Under the pieces are notes generated by a model. It saw nothing but the letters and a program-made list of their open reading frames with translations, was not told where the DNA came from and made no database searches. A stretch of DNA of 35,970 bases from Archaeoglobaceae archaeon (GTDB lineage Archaea; Halobacteriota; Archaeoglobi; Archaeoglobales; Archaeoglobaceae): assembly GCA_025058955.1 (NCBI GenBank), contig JANXDV010000001.1, positions 1-35,970 of the forward strand. Reading direction: 5' to 3'. The first letter of the stretch is position 1, and every line of letters starts with the position of its first letter. Below are positions 26,259-34,658 of the stretch, piece by piece. A program made the position numbers and the translations under genes.

Positions 26259-27071
26259 TTAGATGAATCTTCCAAAGAGCTGATTAAAAAGCGAGAGCGA
26301 ATAATTCTTCACAATCAAATTTCCTTCGATCTCTATTTTGTCCTCGTTGATGCCAAAGGTTTCCATGGCTAAACGGATGTGCTTAATTTCTCTTGGATGA
26401 AAGCCCATTAGCTTTGCACAAATGAAATCGCATGCAACAACGTCATCACTTGCAACCATTACGCCATGCTTCAAAGGAACTGTGCTCGATTCAGATTTAT
26501 CTCCTCCAATGATCCCATCAACTATTGTCAATCTTGGACTTGTGAATTGAAGCAGATCTACGAGCTTTTGACTTATTCTTGGATGCAAGTAGATCGCGGG
26601 TTTCTTCAAAAACCCCATGTTGTTCTTTATCCCAAGAGTCACTTTGGTGAGATGATGAACTTTCATTTTTGGAGCACTTATAAATTTATTTCTCGCTTCA
26701 ATTGCAGTTTTAGCCATTTTTACAGTTTTCAAGGCTTTTCCGTTTATTTCAACTTCTAAAAATTCTTCTTCGTTTAAATTTATGCATTCAGCGAGCTTAT
26801 TTATCCCAAAATGCTCAAAACAATGTTTTGCGGAATCTCTAAAAAATCCCCCTTCAATCACAGTTAACTCTTCTCCGTGTTCTTTGGCACACCTAATTAT
26901 AGCCTTTACAACCTCTGGATGGGTTATACAACCATTTGCAGGATCGTCAAATTTTAGAAAATTTGGCTTAAGATAAGAGCATTTTTTGAATCCAAAAACA
27001 TCGTAAACCTTTTCGATGAACTTTCCAACCTCTTCATAGCTCTCAACATTTTCAACGAGAACCTTGGGCAT
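26259..27071 (-). CDS. DUF362-domain protein
   Basis: KPNFL...GCITHPEVVKAII...G..L.V.EG pattern. I chose the start at ATG 27071 (MPKVLVE...) with tatttaaa about 30 nt upstream. The upstream extension to 27329 overlaps the divergent gene. Confidence 0.6.
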   Translation of the reverse strand: MPKVLVENVESYEEVGKFIEKVYDVFGFKKCSYLKPNFLKFDDPANGCITHPEVVKAIIRCAKEHGEELTVIEGGFFRDSAKHCFEHFGINKLAECINLNEEEFLEVEINGKALKTVKMAKTAIEARNKFISAPKMKVHHLTKVTLGIKNNMGFLKKPAIYLHPRISQKLVDLLQFTSPRLTIVDGIIGGDKSESSTVPLKHGVMVASDDVVACDFICAKLMGFHPREIKHIRLAMETFGINEDKIEIEGNLIVKNYSLSLFNQLFGRFI

Positions 27072-27157
27072 AGATCCATCGCTTTGAGCAAGAAATTTAA
27101 ATATTTTTCCAGGAGAGCATTTTGTAAAATTTTTTAAATTGCTCTTCATCGAATTAT

Positions 27158-27946
27158 GTGGATCTCGGAATAATCTACAGCGGAAAATTCGGAGAGAGAT
27201 TTGTTTGCAATCTCGCGGATCCAAAACTTTGTCCAAGGTTTGGGGCATGTGGGATTGAGATTTGTGATCTCTGCAAGAAATACGATTTCTCTTCCAAGAT
27301 CTCATTCGTTCAATCTCTACCTGAGCCAAATGCTATTGGCTTATACGTTGAAGAGCCAGAAGGCTATGTTCAAAAGTTCTCATGCGATGTGCTTGTAGCG
27401 ATAAACGTTCATCCAGACATTCTCATCTCATTACCAAAGATTGGAGAGTTTAAAGCCCTAATTGTGCCAGCATGTGATCAAAAGTGGTGCTCGCCAGGTT
27501 TAAGAAGACAATTGAGTGAAAAATGCGAGCAAATTGGCATCGAATTCGTTTCCCCAAAGCCATTCTGTAGTCTAATTCCTCGAGGAAATATTTTAAGAAG
27601 ATTTTGTGATGAATTCAGCTTAGGACGCCCTGAGTTTTTTGTGGAATTGGATGACAATGCGATCATTTCTGCGGAAGTTTTGCGAAGCGATCCATGTGGT
27701 TCCGCTTACTACGTTGCCAAGAAGATGAAGGGCTTTGTTATAGAAGATCTGAGTGAATTCTACAAGGAGATCCACCAGCATCAATGCGCCTATCCATGTA
27801 TGGCAAGCATGGAAAGAGACGTGGAGCTCATAGAAGCGCCATTTCACCTTGCGGGCTATATAATGGTCTACAACTTTAGCAAAGCTGTAGGGATAGAGGC
27901 GAAGGATTTTGTTCCTGAGCACTTTAGGAAAATCGTTCTGATCTGA
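27158..27946 (+). CDS. cysteine-rich conserved archaeal protein (DUF166/COG1810-like)
   Basis: N-terminal CX8CX5CX4CX2C cluster plus the motifs HPD, PKPFCSL, DPCGSAYY and HQCAYPCMASM. The family assignment is from memory. GTG start. Confidence 0.5.
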   Translation: MDLGIIYSGKFGERFVCNLADPKLCPRFGACGIEICDLCKKYDFSSKISFVQSLPEPNAIGLYVEEPEGYVQKFSCDVLVAINVHPDILISLPKIGEFKALIVPACDQKWCSPGLRRQLSEKCEQIGIEFVSPKPFCSLIPRGNILRRFCDEFSLGRPEFFVELDDNAIISAEVLRSDPCGSAYYVAKKMKGFVIEDLSEFYKEIHQHQCAYPCMASMERDVELIEAPFHLAGYIMVYNFSKAVGIEAKDFVPEHFRKIVLI

Positions 27947-27947
27947 T

Positions 27948-28493
27948 ATGGTTCCTGATTTTGTGAAAAGAATTTGGGATAAATACAAGCTTGAGGAGAA
28001 CGTTAGAGATCACTGCATCACTGTAGCAAATTTAGCTTTGAAGATTGCGGAGAGAATAGAGAAAAATGGCATCAAGTTAGATAAGGAAGCGATTTTTATT
28101 GGTGCTTTATTCCATGACATAGGCAGAGCAATCACTCACGATCCATTTCAGCACTTTTTAAAATCCGTAGAGATCCTAAAGGCGGAAGGAATTGATGAGA
28201 AAGTTGTAAAGATCGCTGAAAGACATTTCAGTGCTGGTATTACAGCTGAAGAAGCGAAGAAGCTTGGTTTACCTGAGAAGGATTATCTGCCAGAAACCCT
28301 TGAGGAAAAGATCGTGAGCTTTGCGGACAACATCACCTTTGGAAGCAAAGTTGTAGACTTTGACAGCTTTATGCGACGTTTGGACAAGATCGATGCAGAA
28401 AATCCAAAGCTAAGGTGGTTCACAGAAGCTACAAGGAAAAGAGCGAGAGAGATGAAGGAAGAGATCGAAAAGCTCAGCGGTTTGAGGTTTTAG
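27948..28493 (+). CDS. HD-domain metal-dependent phosphohydrolase
   Basis: H...HDIGR motif (LFHDIGRAITHD), about 180 aa. It starts 1 nt after the stop of the upstream gene. Confidence 0.75.
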   Translation: MVPDFVKRIWDKYKLEENVRDHCITVANLALKIAERIEKNGIKLDKEAIFIGALFHDIGRAITHDPFQHFLKSVEILKAEGIDEKVVKIAERHFSAGITAEEAKKLGLPEKDYLPETLEEKIVSFADNITFGSKVVDFDSFMRRLDKIDAENPKLRWFTEATRKRAREMKEEIEKLSGLRF

Positions 28494-29577
28494 ATATTAT
28501 CTTCAATGCAATTCTAAAAAGATCTGGATTTTTAATGCATGTTTTTATAATTCTGAATAAAACTGAAGGAGAGAGAAAAGTTGAAGGACGATCCATGTGA
28601 ACGTTGGAGAAATCAAAGTCCTTCAAAGATCTTACGATCGCATTTAGCTCTTCATCTTTTAGCTCATAAACTCTCCTTATTATTTTTCCAAGCTTTATCT
28701 CCCTTCCAAGCTCTTTTAGAAAACTATCACGATACGCTTTAAGATTTGGAAAGTTTTCAGCAAGCTTCTCAACTGCGATAAGCAAATAGTAAAGTCCACC
28801 ACCAGTGTGCGGTTTTACCATTCCAGCGGAATCGCCAATCAAAGCAACATTTCCTTTAACGAAATCCACAAGTTTTAAAGGGATCATTCCAGAATTTAGT
28901 TCAATTATGCTCCCTTTAATCCTTTTAGAAACAGAAGGATGTTTTTCAAGCAGATTTCGAAGAAAATTCATCGCATTCTCTTTCGCAATCACACCAATTC
29001 TTGCTGTGTCGCCTAAGGGAATTGCGTAAGCAAAGAATTCGCTATACGCTTTTCCAAGATAGATCTCGACAAAGCTTTGATCAATCGCTTCAAACCTTGT
29101 CTCGATCTGCACAGCGGTCGTGAAATTCGGTCTTTCAAAGTTATAGGCTTTGACAACTTCCGAATTTAAGCCATCCGCTCCGATAATATATTCTGCGGGA
29201 ATTTCCTTTCCATCTATCACCGCTTTTCTACCTTTAAACTTTAGCTTCGATTTTATTAAAACTTCTGCAAATTCCGATGCCTTTTGAAAAAGCATCTCAT
29301 CAAGAATTTTTCTTTCTATCACATAAGCCCTTCCGGGAGCACAGAAAAAATCACCCGAAGGGGAGAAAAAGAGTGCTCCTTCTATCTTGTTTTCAAGAGC
29401 TTTTTCCATTCTGCAGTATTTTTTGTAGCTCTCGAAGCACTTATCGCTTATAAGTCCAGCACACTGCACAGGAAAGCCAGGGCTTTGATGCTCTTCTACC
29501 AAAAGAACCTCGTTTTCTTTCCCCAAATTAATCGCAGAAAGACTTCCCGCTGGTCCACCGCCTACAACGAGGATCAC
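28474..29577 (-). CDS. geranylgeranyl-reductase-family FAD-dependent oxidoreductase
   Basis: Motifs VVGGGPAGS near the N-terminus, GADG and the GDSAG flavoprotein motif. I prefer GTG 29577 (MILVVGGGPAG...). The ORF-track extension to 29697 would overlap the rgy start. Confidence 0.75.
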   Translation of the reverse strand: MILVVGGGPAGSLSAINLGKENEVLLVEEHQSPGFPVQCAGLISDKCFESYKKYCRMEKALENKIEGALFFSPSGDFFCAPGRAYVIERKILDEMLFQKASEFAEVLIKSKLKFKGRKAVIDGKEIPAEYIIGADGLNSEVVKAYNFERPNFTTAVQIETRFEAIDQSFVEIYLGKAYSEFFAYAIPLGDTARIGVIAKENAMNFLRNLLEKHPSVSKRIKGSIIELNSGMIPLKLVDFVKGNVALIGDSAGMVKPHTGGGLYYLLIAVEKLAENFPNLKAYRDSFLKELGREIKLGKIIRRVYELKDEELNAIVRSLKDFDFSNVHMDRPSTFLSPSVLFRIIKTCIKNPDLFRIALKIISKTSNR

Positions 29578-29625
29578 GATGAAGATTAGAGAAAAGATAT
29601 TTATTTCATTTCTATAAGTTGCGGT

Positions 29626-32600
29626 GTGGAAGTGATCTACGAAAAGCTTTGTCCAGCCTGTGGAGGAGATTTGAGCTGGAAAGAGCTGACTTCTCACTTT
29701 TGCGAGAATAAAAAAATCGAGATTTGTGCAATGGATGAGATTAAACCCTTTGAAGAGTTATTTGCGAAATGTGTTGGTGAGCCAAGAGAGATACAAAGGA
29801 TGTGGGCGAAGAGAGTTCTTCGTGGTGAAAGCTTTGCGTTAACCGCACCAACTGGCATAGGAAAAACATCTTTTGGACTTGCAATCTCTCTTTTTCTGGC
29901 AAAAAATGGAAAGAGATGCTATATAATATTTCCAACTTCAGTTCTCGTTAAGCAGGCGGTTGAAAATCTTAGAGCTTATGCAGAAAAAATTGGTCTGGAG
30001 TTGAGTTTTAACGATACTGAAAAATTTCCAGTTGGATTTTATCATTCAGAGGTCAAAGCTAAGGAGGAATTCTTTGAAAAAATCAAGGATTTCAGAATTT
30101 TGATCACAACCGCACAATTTCTTGCCAAGAACTTCGAAAAGATGAAAGATATGAGCTTTGATTTCATATTTGTAGATGACGTTGATGCGATCCTCAAAAT
30201 GTCAAAAAACGTTGAAAGAATACTTAGCTTGCTTGGAATTGAAAAGGGTAAAAAAGGAGTTCTTGTAGTCTCAACCGCAACCGCTAAAGTTGGTAAAAAA
30301 GCTGAACTCTTTAGAAAATTCCTGAATTTCAGCATCGGCTCTTCTCAGTTTTATTTGAGAAACATTGAAGATGTAATATTGAGCAATTTTGAAGATCTGC
30401 AACTAATACTTACCAAGCTTGGTTCTGGGGGAATAATATATGCGAGAAGCGTTGAAGAATGTGAAAGGATTAAGAAAGCGCTTTCAGGGTTCAAAGTTGG
30501 CATTGTAACCTCTAAGGATTCAAAAGACTTCGAACTTTTTTCAAAAGGTGAGCTCGATTTTCTCGTTGGCACCGCACACTATTACGGCATTCTCGTTAGA
30601 GGTATTGATCTTCCTGAAAGGATAAAGTTTGCAATCTTTATTGGCTGTCCTGTGCATAGGATAAAGATCGAAGATCTTGACTCCACTCCAATTTCAGTAA
30701 TTAAAATTCTTGCTCTCGCTCTAAGAGAGGACAAAAGGCTTGAAAAGTTTATTCCAAAGCTTAAATTTGCTGAAAAAATTGAAAAAGAGTTGAGGAATGT
30801 TTTGAAGGAGATCATAACGGAAGGTAAGATCCGGCTTAAAGATGTGGTAGTTCGAAAGAACGAGGTAATTTTTCCAGACATTAGAACCTATCTGCAAGCT
30901 TCAGGTAGAACTTCAAGGCTCCATGCGAAGGGATTAACGAAGGGTGCAAGCTTTGTTTTCGAAGAAGATCAGGAAATTCTCAAAGCTTTCATCGAAAGGG
31001 CAAAGTTCTACGACATAAACTTCACAAAAATCGACTCGGTTAACCTTGAAAAATTAAGGGAAGAACTTGAGGAGAGCAGAAGAAAGGAAGAAAAAGCAGA
31101 GCTAATTAAACCCGCCCTGCTAATAGTTGAAAGCCCAACAAAAGCTAAACAAATTGCAAGATTTTTTGGAAAACCAAGTATAAGGTTTATCGATTCAATT
31201 CCAGTTTATGAGGTGCCAACTGAAAGGTATTTGCTTCTGATCACCGCAACTCTTGGACACATAACAGATCTGGTGACGAAAAGAGGATTCTATGGGGTTC
31301 TTGAAAATTTCATCCCTATTTATGGAACAATAAAGAAGTGTAGAAAGTGTGGTCATCAGTTTGTTGACGATGATTTCTGTCCGAGATGTGGTTCCACTGA
31401 GTTCGATGATGCCTTTAAGCGAATTTCTGTGCTAAGAAAATTGGCAGAAGAAACTGGCTTTGTGATCATTGGCACAGATCCGGATACTGAAGGAGAAAAG
31501 ATCGCATGGGATCTGAGCAATCTTCTCTGCGGAGACATAAAGAGAGCAGAATTTCATGAGATCACGAAGAGAGAAATAAATAAGGCATTGAAAGACCTCA
31601 GAGAGATTAAAAGGAACCTTTTAATGGCGCAGATCGTTCGAAGAATAGAGGATAGATGGATAGGTTTTGTTTTAAGCCAAAAAGTCCAGGAATACTTTAA
31701 CAAGAGGCATTTGTCCGCGGGCAGAGCTCAAACTCCTGCTTTGGGATGGATTGTTGAGAGATATAGGGCTCAGAAAGTTAAGAAAAGCCTTGCATTCATT
31801 CCAGAGCTCGAGATCTATGTTGAAACCGATAATAAGGAGCTTGAAGTGAAAGTGGAGCTGATAGAAGATAGAGTGGAATTCCGAACTCCAATGCCACCAT
31901 ATACCACGAACTCTCTCTTGTTTGATGCAAACGCAATTTTAAAGCTATCTACAAAGGAGGCAATTGAAATCGCTCAGGATTTATTTGAGAATGGTCTTAT
32001 AACCTATCATCGCACGGATTCCACAAGAGTGAGCGAGCATGGAAGAAATTTGGCTAAGGAATATCTTGGAGACGATTTTAAGGGTAGAGAATGGTTCTTT
32101 GAAGGCGCGCATGAGTGCATACGCCCCACAAGAGCAATTGATAGAAATACGCTTGAGAGATTGATAGAGGAAAGGATCTTAGATCTTGAAAACTTTAGAT
32201 GGACTCATTTAGCCCTCTACGATCTGATCTTTCGAAGGTTTATGGCATCGCAGTGTAAAGATTACATGGTGAGGGTGAAAAAGTATCGAATTACAGCCAA
32301 TGGAAGATCTTTTGAGGATGAAAGAGTAATTGAAGCTACTGGAAGAGCTTATGAGCTATATAAATCTGTTTGGGTAAGAAAAGAGCTTAAAGAAGGGACA
32401 TTCAAGGTTCAAGCAGAGATTAGACGTATTCCCTCAGCACCTCTTTTAACACAGGCGGAACTAATAAATTTGATGAAGGAGAAGGGTATTGGAAGACCCT
32501 CTACCTATGCGGTTATCGTTGACAGGCTTTTTACAAGACACTACGTTTTAGAGAAAAATGGAAAACTGATACCAACAAAGGAAGGAATTTCAGTTTACGA

Positions 32601-32745
32601 TTTTTTGAGCTCAAATTATGCTCCATTCATTTCCGAAAGTAGAACCAGAACTTTGGAGGAGAAGATGGATGCAATAGAAAAAGGAAAGATGGATTATATT
32701 GAAGCGATTAAAGAGCTCCGAGAAGAAATTGAGAGGATCTGCTAA
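29626..32745 (+). CDS. rgy: reverse gyrase (helicase-like domain fused to type IA topoisomerase)
   Basis: N-terminal Zn finger (CPACGG), helicase motifs APTGIGKT and DDVD, Toprim (ESPTKAKQIARF, DPDTEGEKIAWD), an internal CX2C...CX2C finger, and the active-site Tyr context ITYHRTDST. Confidence 0.95.
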   Translation: MEVIYEKLCPACGGDLSWKELTSHFCENKKIEICAMDEIKPFEELFAKCVGEPREIQRMWAKRVLRGESFALTAPTGIGKTSFGLAISLFLAKNGKRCYIIFPTSVLVKQAVENLRAYAEKIGLELSFNDTEKFPVGFYHSEVKAKEEFFEKIKDFRILITTAQFLAKNFEKMKDMSFDFIFVDDVDAILKMSKNVERILSLLGIEKGKKGVLVVSTATAKVGKKAELFRKFLNFSIGSSQFYLRNIEDVILSNFEDLQLILTKLGSGGIIYARSVEECERIKKALSGFKVGIVTSKDSKDFELFSKGELDFLVGTAHYYGILVRGIDLPERIKFAIFIGCPVHRIKIEDLDSTPISVIKILALALREDKRLEKFIPKLKFAEKIEKELRNVLKEIITEGKIRLKDVVVRKNEVIFPDIRTYLQASGRTSRLHAKGLTKGASFVFEEDQEILKAFIERAKFYDINFTKIDSVNLEKLREELEESRRKEEKAELIKPALLIVESPTKAKQIARFFGKPSIRFIDSIPVYEVPTERYLLLITATLGHITDLVTKRGFYGVLENFIPIYGTIKKCRKCGHQFVDDDFCPRCGSTEFDDAFKRISVLRKLAEETGFVIIGTDPDTEGEKIAWDLSNLLCGDIKRAEFHEITKREINKALKDLREIKRNLLMAQIVRRIEDRWIGFVLSQKVQEYFNKRHLSAGRAQTPALGWIVERYRAQKVKKSLAFIPELEIYVETDNKELEVKVELIEDRVEFRTPMPPYTTNSLLFDANAILKLSTKEAIEIAQDLFENGLITYHRTDSTRVSEHGRNLAKEYLGDDFKGREWFFEGAHECIRPTRAIDRNTLERLIEERILDLENFRWTHLALYDLIFRRFMASQCKDYMVRVKKYRITANGRSFEDERVIEATGRAYELYKSVWVRKELKEGTFKVQAEIRRIPSAPLLTQAELINLMKEKGIGRPSTYAVIVDRLFTRHYVLEKNGKLIPTKEGISVYDFLSSNYAPFISESRTRTLEEKMDAIEKGKMDYIEAIKELREEIERIC

Positions 32746-32763
32746 TTTACCTTTGGAAATTAG
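32742..32763 (+). terminator. hairpin ctaattt-(8 nt)-aaattag overlapping the rgy stop codon
   Basis: A 7-bp perfect inverted repeat, read directly. A terminator role is inferred only from its position. Confidence 0.25.
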
Positions 32764-32769
32764 AAAGAC

Positions 32770-32777
32770 TTATATAA
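32770..32777 (+). promoter_or_regulatory. TATA-box candidate (ttatataa, preceded by purine-rich agaaagac) for the aro leader/operon
   Basis: Centred about 25 nt upstream of ATG 32798, the spacing of a leaderless archaeal promoter. Confidence 0.4.
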
Positions 32778-32797
32778 CCTTGCTATAACGCTGATCA

Positions 32798-32875
32798 ATG
32801 CCAGCTAAACCAATGCAAACCTACGCATATTTCTTCGATTTTAGGTTTAGCTGGAGCTATAGGTTTAGCTACTAA
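32798..32875 (+). CDS. putative aromatic-rich leader peptide MPAKPMQTYAYFFDFRFSWSYRFSY (25 aa)
   Basis: I translated this codon by codon; it is below the ORF-track cutoff. It contains 5 Phe, 4 Tyr and 1 Trp codons and lies directly upstream of the aroA'-aroB'-aroD-tyrA genes. Confidence 0.45.
   Translation: MPAKPMQTYAYFFDFRFSWSYRFSY
32801..32870 (+). promoter_or_regulatory. alternative-pairing RNA element inside the leader
   Basis: ccagctaaacc (32801-32811) and ggtttagctgg (32844-32854) form an 11-bp perfect inverted repeat. taggtttagct is directly repeated at 32842-32852 and 32860-32870. All were read directly from the sequence. Confidence 0.4.
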
Positions 32876-32944
32876 AAGGAGGTGTTCTGCATTGGCTTCG
32901 TCTGCGTATATCTTTATGCTTTATAAATATAAGAGGTGTTTTAT

Positions 32945-33727
32945 ATGATTGGAAAATTAAGGAGATTGAGGAGAATAATACGAAATGGAAGAACTTTGAT
33001 CATGCCAATGGACCATGGAGTTAGCAAAATAGAACATGGGCTCGAAAACGTCGAAGAAATTCTAAAAGCGGTGAGTGACTACATCGATGCGGTGGTTTTG
33101 CATAAAGGTGTTGTGAAGAATTCAAAAATCGTTGCAGATCTTGAGATCGGGCTGATAGTTCATCTGAGTGCATCAACAAGTTTGAGCAAGGATCCGAATG
33201 ATAAAAGAATAGTCTCGAGTGTGGAGCATGCAATAGCTCTTGGAGCGGATGGAGTTAGCGTTCACGTGAACATTGGAAGCGAAACTGAGGCAAGACAGCT
33301 CGAAGAGCTCGGCAAAGTTTGTGAACTCGCTGATAGCTATGGCATTCCAACGCTTGCGATGATGTATCCTCGTGGTAAGGTGGACGTGAACACTGAAACT
33401 GTAACACAAGCTGCGAGAGTTGGGTATGAACTTGGTGCGGACATAGTGAAAGTGCCATACGTTGAAAAGTTCTCGCAAGTTGTAAAATTCTGCAAGGTTC
33501 CAGTTGTAATTGCAGGAGGGAGCAAGGAAAGCGAGAATGAGCTTTTGAAAAAAGTGGAGATCGCGTTGAAAAATGGTGCATGTGGAGTTGCAGTCGGGAG
33601 AAACATTTTTAGCAGTTCATCGCCGAGAGACATTGCTAAGGCACTGCATCACATAATACATGATGGGATGAGTGCCGAAGAAGTGATCGAGTATGAAGGA
33701 GATCTGGTTGCTGGCAGATGGAGATAA
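32945..33727 (+). CDS. aroA': 2-amino-3,7-dideoxy-D-threo-hept-6-ulosonate (ADH) synthase, class I aldolase family
   Basis: GKLRRLRRI...LIMPMDHGVS N-terminus and the DhnA/FbaB-type aldolase fold. It is assigned to ADHS rather than FBP aldolase because DHQ synthase II follows it. ATG 32945 lies 7 nt after AGAGGTG. GTG 32936 is also possible. Confidence 0.75.
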   Translation: MIGKLRRLRRIIRNGRTLIMPMDHGVSKIEHGLENVEEILKAVSDYIDAVVLHKGVVKNSKIVADLEIGLIVHLSASTSLSKDPNDKRIVSSVEHAIALGADGVSVHVNIGSETEARQLEELGKVCELADSYGIPTLAMMYPRGKVDVNTETVTQAARVGYELGADIVKVPYVEKFSQVVKFCKVPVVIAGGSKESENELLKKVEIALKNGACGVAVGRNIFSSSSPRDIAKALHHIIHDGMSAEEVIEYEGDLVAGRWR

Positions 33728-34658
33728 CTGGGAAGAAGTGAAAGCAAGCTTAAGAAATGCTATCGAACTCGGCTTTGATGGAGCAATAGTTAGAGAAAAT
33801 TACATAGATCGAGCTAAAAAGCTTGGAAAGATCGAGCTATTACCACTTGAGGAGATTGTTGAAATTAAGTCCGCAAGAGATCAGGAGATGGCATTGAGCA
33901 AAAAAATCGCAGTCTTAAAGTTCTCCGATTGGAAAGTGATCCCATTGGAGAACATAGTTGCGATGAAGAAAGGAAAGGCTATTGTGATCGTTGACAACAT
34001 AGAAGATGCGAAGCTTGCGCTGATGACACTTGAAAAAGGTGCGGATGGAATTGCTGTGAAAGGGGATAGAGAAACGCTTAGAAAGTTTTACGAAGTTGCT
34101 AAATACTCGAATGAGAAAACAAAGCTGTATAGAGCAAAAATAAAAGAAATAAGACCGCTTGGACTTGGAGAAAGAGTTTGCATAGACACCGTTTCGATCA
34201 TGTCAATTGGCGAGGGAATGCTTGTAGGCAACAAGGCGGGATTCATGTTCCTAATTGCAAGTGAAAGCGAAGAAAGCGAGTATGTCGCTTCAAGACCATT
34301 CAGAGTGAACGCTGGAAGCGTTAATGCTTATCTGAAGGTTGGTGAAAAGACGAGATATCTTTCAGAGTTGAAAGCAGGTGATGAGGTTGAAATAGTCAGC
34401 TTCGAAGGAAAAGTCAGAAAAAGCTATGTTGGCAGAGTAAAGATCGAGCGCAGACCTTTGCTACTCGTAGTTGCTGAAGCAAATGGAGTTGAAGGAAGTG
34501 TTATTTTGCAAAATGCTGAGACTATTAAGCTCATAAATCCTGAAGGCAAACATGTTTCCGTTTCTGAGCTAAAGATTGGTGATGAAATTCTTGTCTGGGT
34601 TGGAGAAAAGGCAAGGCATTTTGGAGTTAGGATCGAGGAGTTCGTGATTGAAAAATGA
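33693..34658 (+). CDS. aroB': 3-dehydroquinate synthase type II (archaeal)
   Basis: About 320 aa with a K-IW..AD...WEE.K..L..A.E.G.DG N-terminus as in MJ1249-type enzymes. It sits between ADHS and aroD. Confidence 0.75.
   Translation: MKEIWLLADGDNWEEVKASLRNAIELGFDGAIVRENYIDRAKKLGKIELLPLEEIVEIKSARDQEMALSKKIAVLKFSDWKVIPLENIVAMKKGKAIVIVDNIEDAKLALMTLEKGADGIAVKGDRETLRKFYEVAKYSNEKTKLYRAKIKEIRPLGLGERVCIDTVSIMSIGEGMLVGNKAGFMFLIASESEESEYVASRPFRVNAGSVNAYLKVGEKTRYLSELKAGDEVEIVSFEGKVRKSYVGRVKIERRPLLLVVAEANGVEGSVILQNAETIKLINPEGKHVSVSELKIGDEILVWVGEKARHFGVRIEEFVIEK

Noticed and set aside
27072-27329. N-terminal extension of the DUF362 ORF
   Set aside because: It overlaps the divergent DUF166-like gene. 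It is rich in Arg/Cys/His, and a TATA-like box precedes the internal ATG at 27071.
29578-29697. N-terminal extension of the GGR-family ORF
   Set aside because: It would overlap the reverse gyrase start. The Rossmann motif VVGGGPAG normally lies within about 10 residues of the N-terminus, which fits GTG 29577.
30042-30881. Series of minus-strand ORFs (97, 73 and 99 aa) inside rgy, with similar Ser/Leu/Phe-rich antisense ORFs inside hef, atpH, the RPA partner, nfeD and the OYE-like gene
   Set aside because: This is typical shadow-ORF composition opposite Glu/Lys-rich hyperthermophile genes. All lie wholly within strongly supported genes.
32842-32870. The repeated TAGGTTTAGCT motif as a DtxR/IdeR-type iron box (consensus half-site TTAGGTTAG), given the DtxR-family gene at 18117-18665
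   Set aside because: The match needs an extra T. The copies are arranged as direct repeats 18 nt apart plus an inverted copy 32 nt away, not as a contiguous 19-bp palindrome. The downstream operon is not metal-related. A protein operator of some other regulator remains an alternative to the RNA-pairing interpretation.
32920-32930. tttataaatat as an independent promoter for aroA'
   Set aside because: It lies only about 20 nt from ATG 32945 and upstream of the AGAGGTG SD, so the geometry fits neither a leadered nor a clean leaderless start. It remains a possible alternative that would weaken the uORF2 relay idea.
33021-33633. Four overlapping minus-strand ORFs within the ADH synthase gene
   Set aside because: They are antisense shadows of a motif-supported gene.
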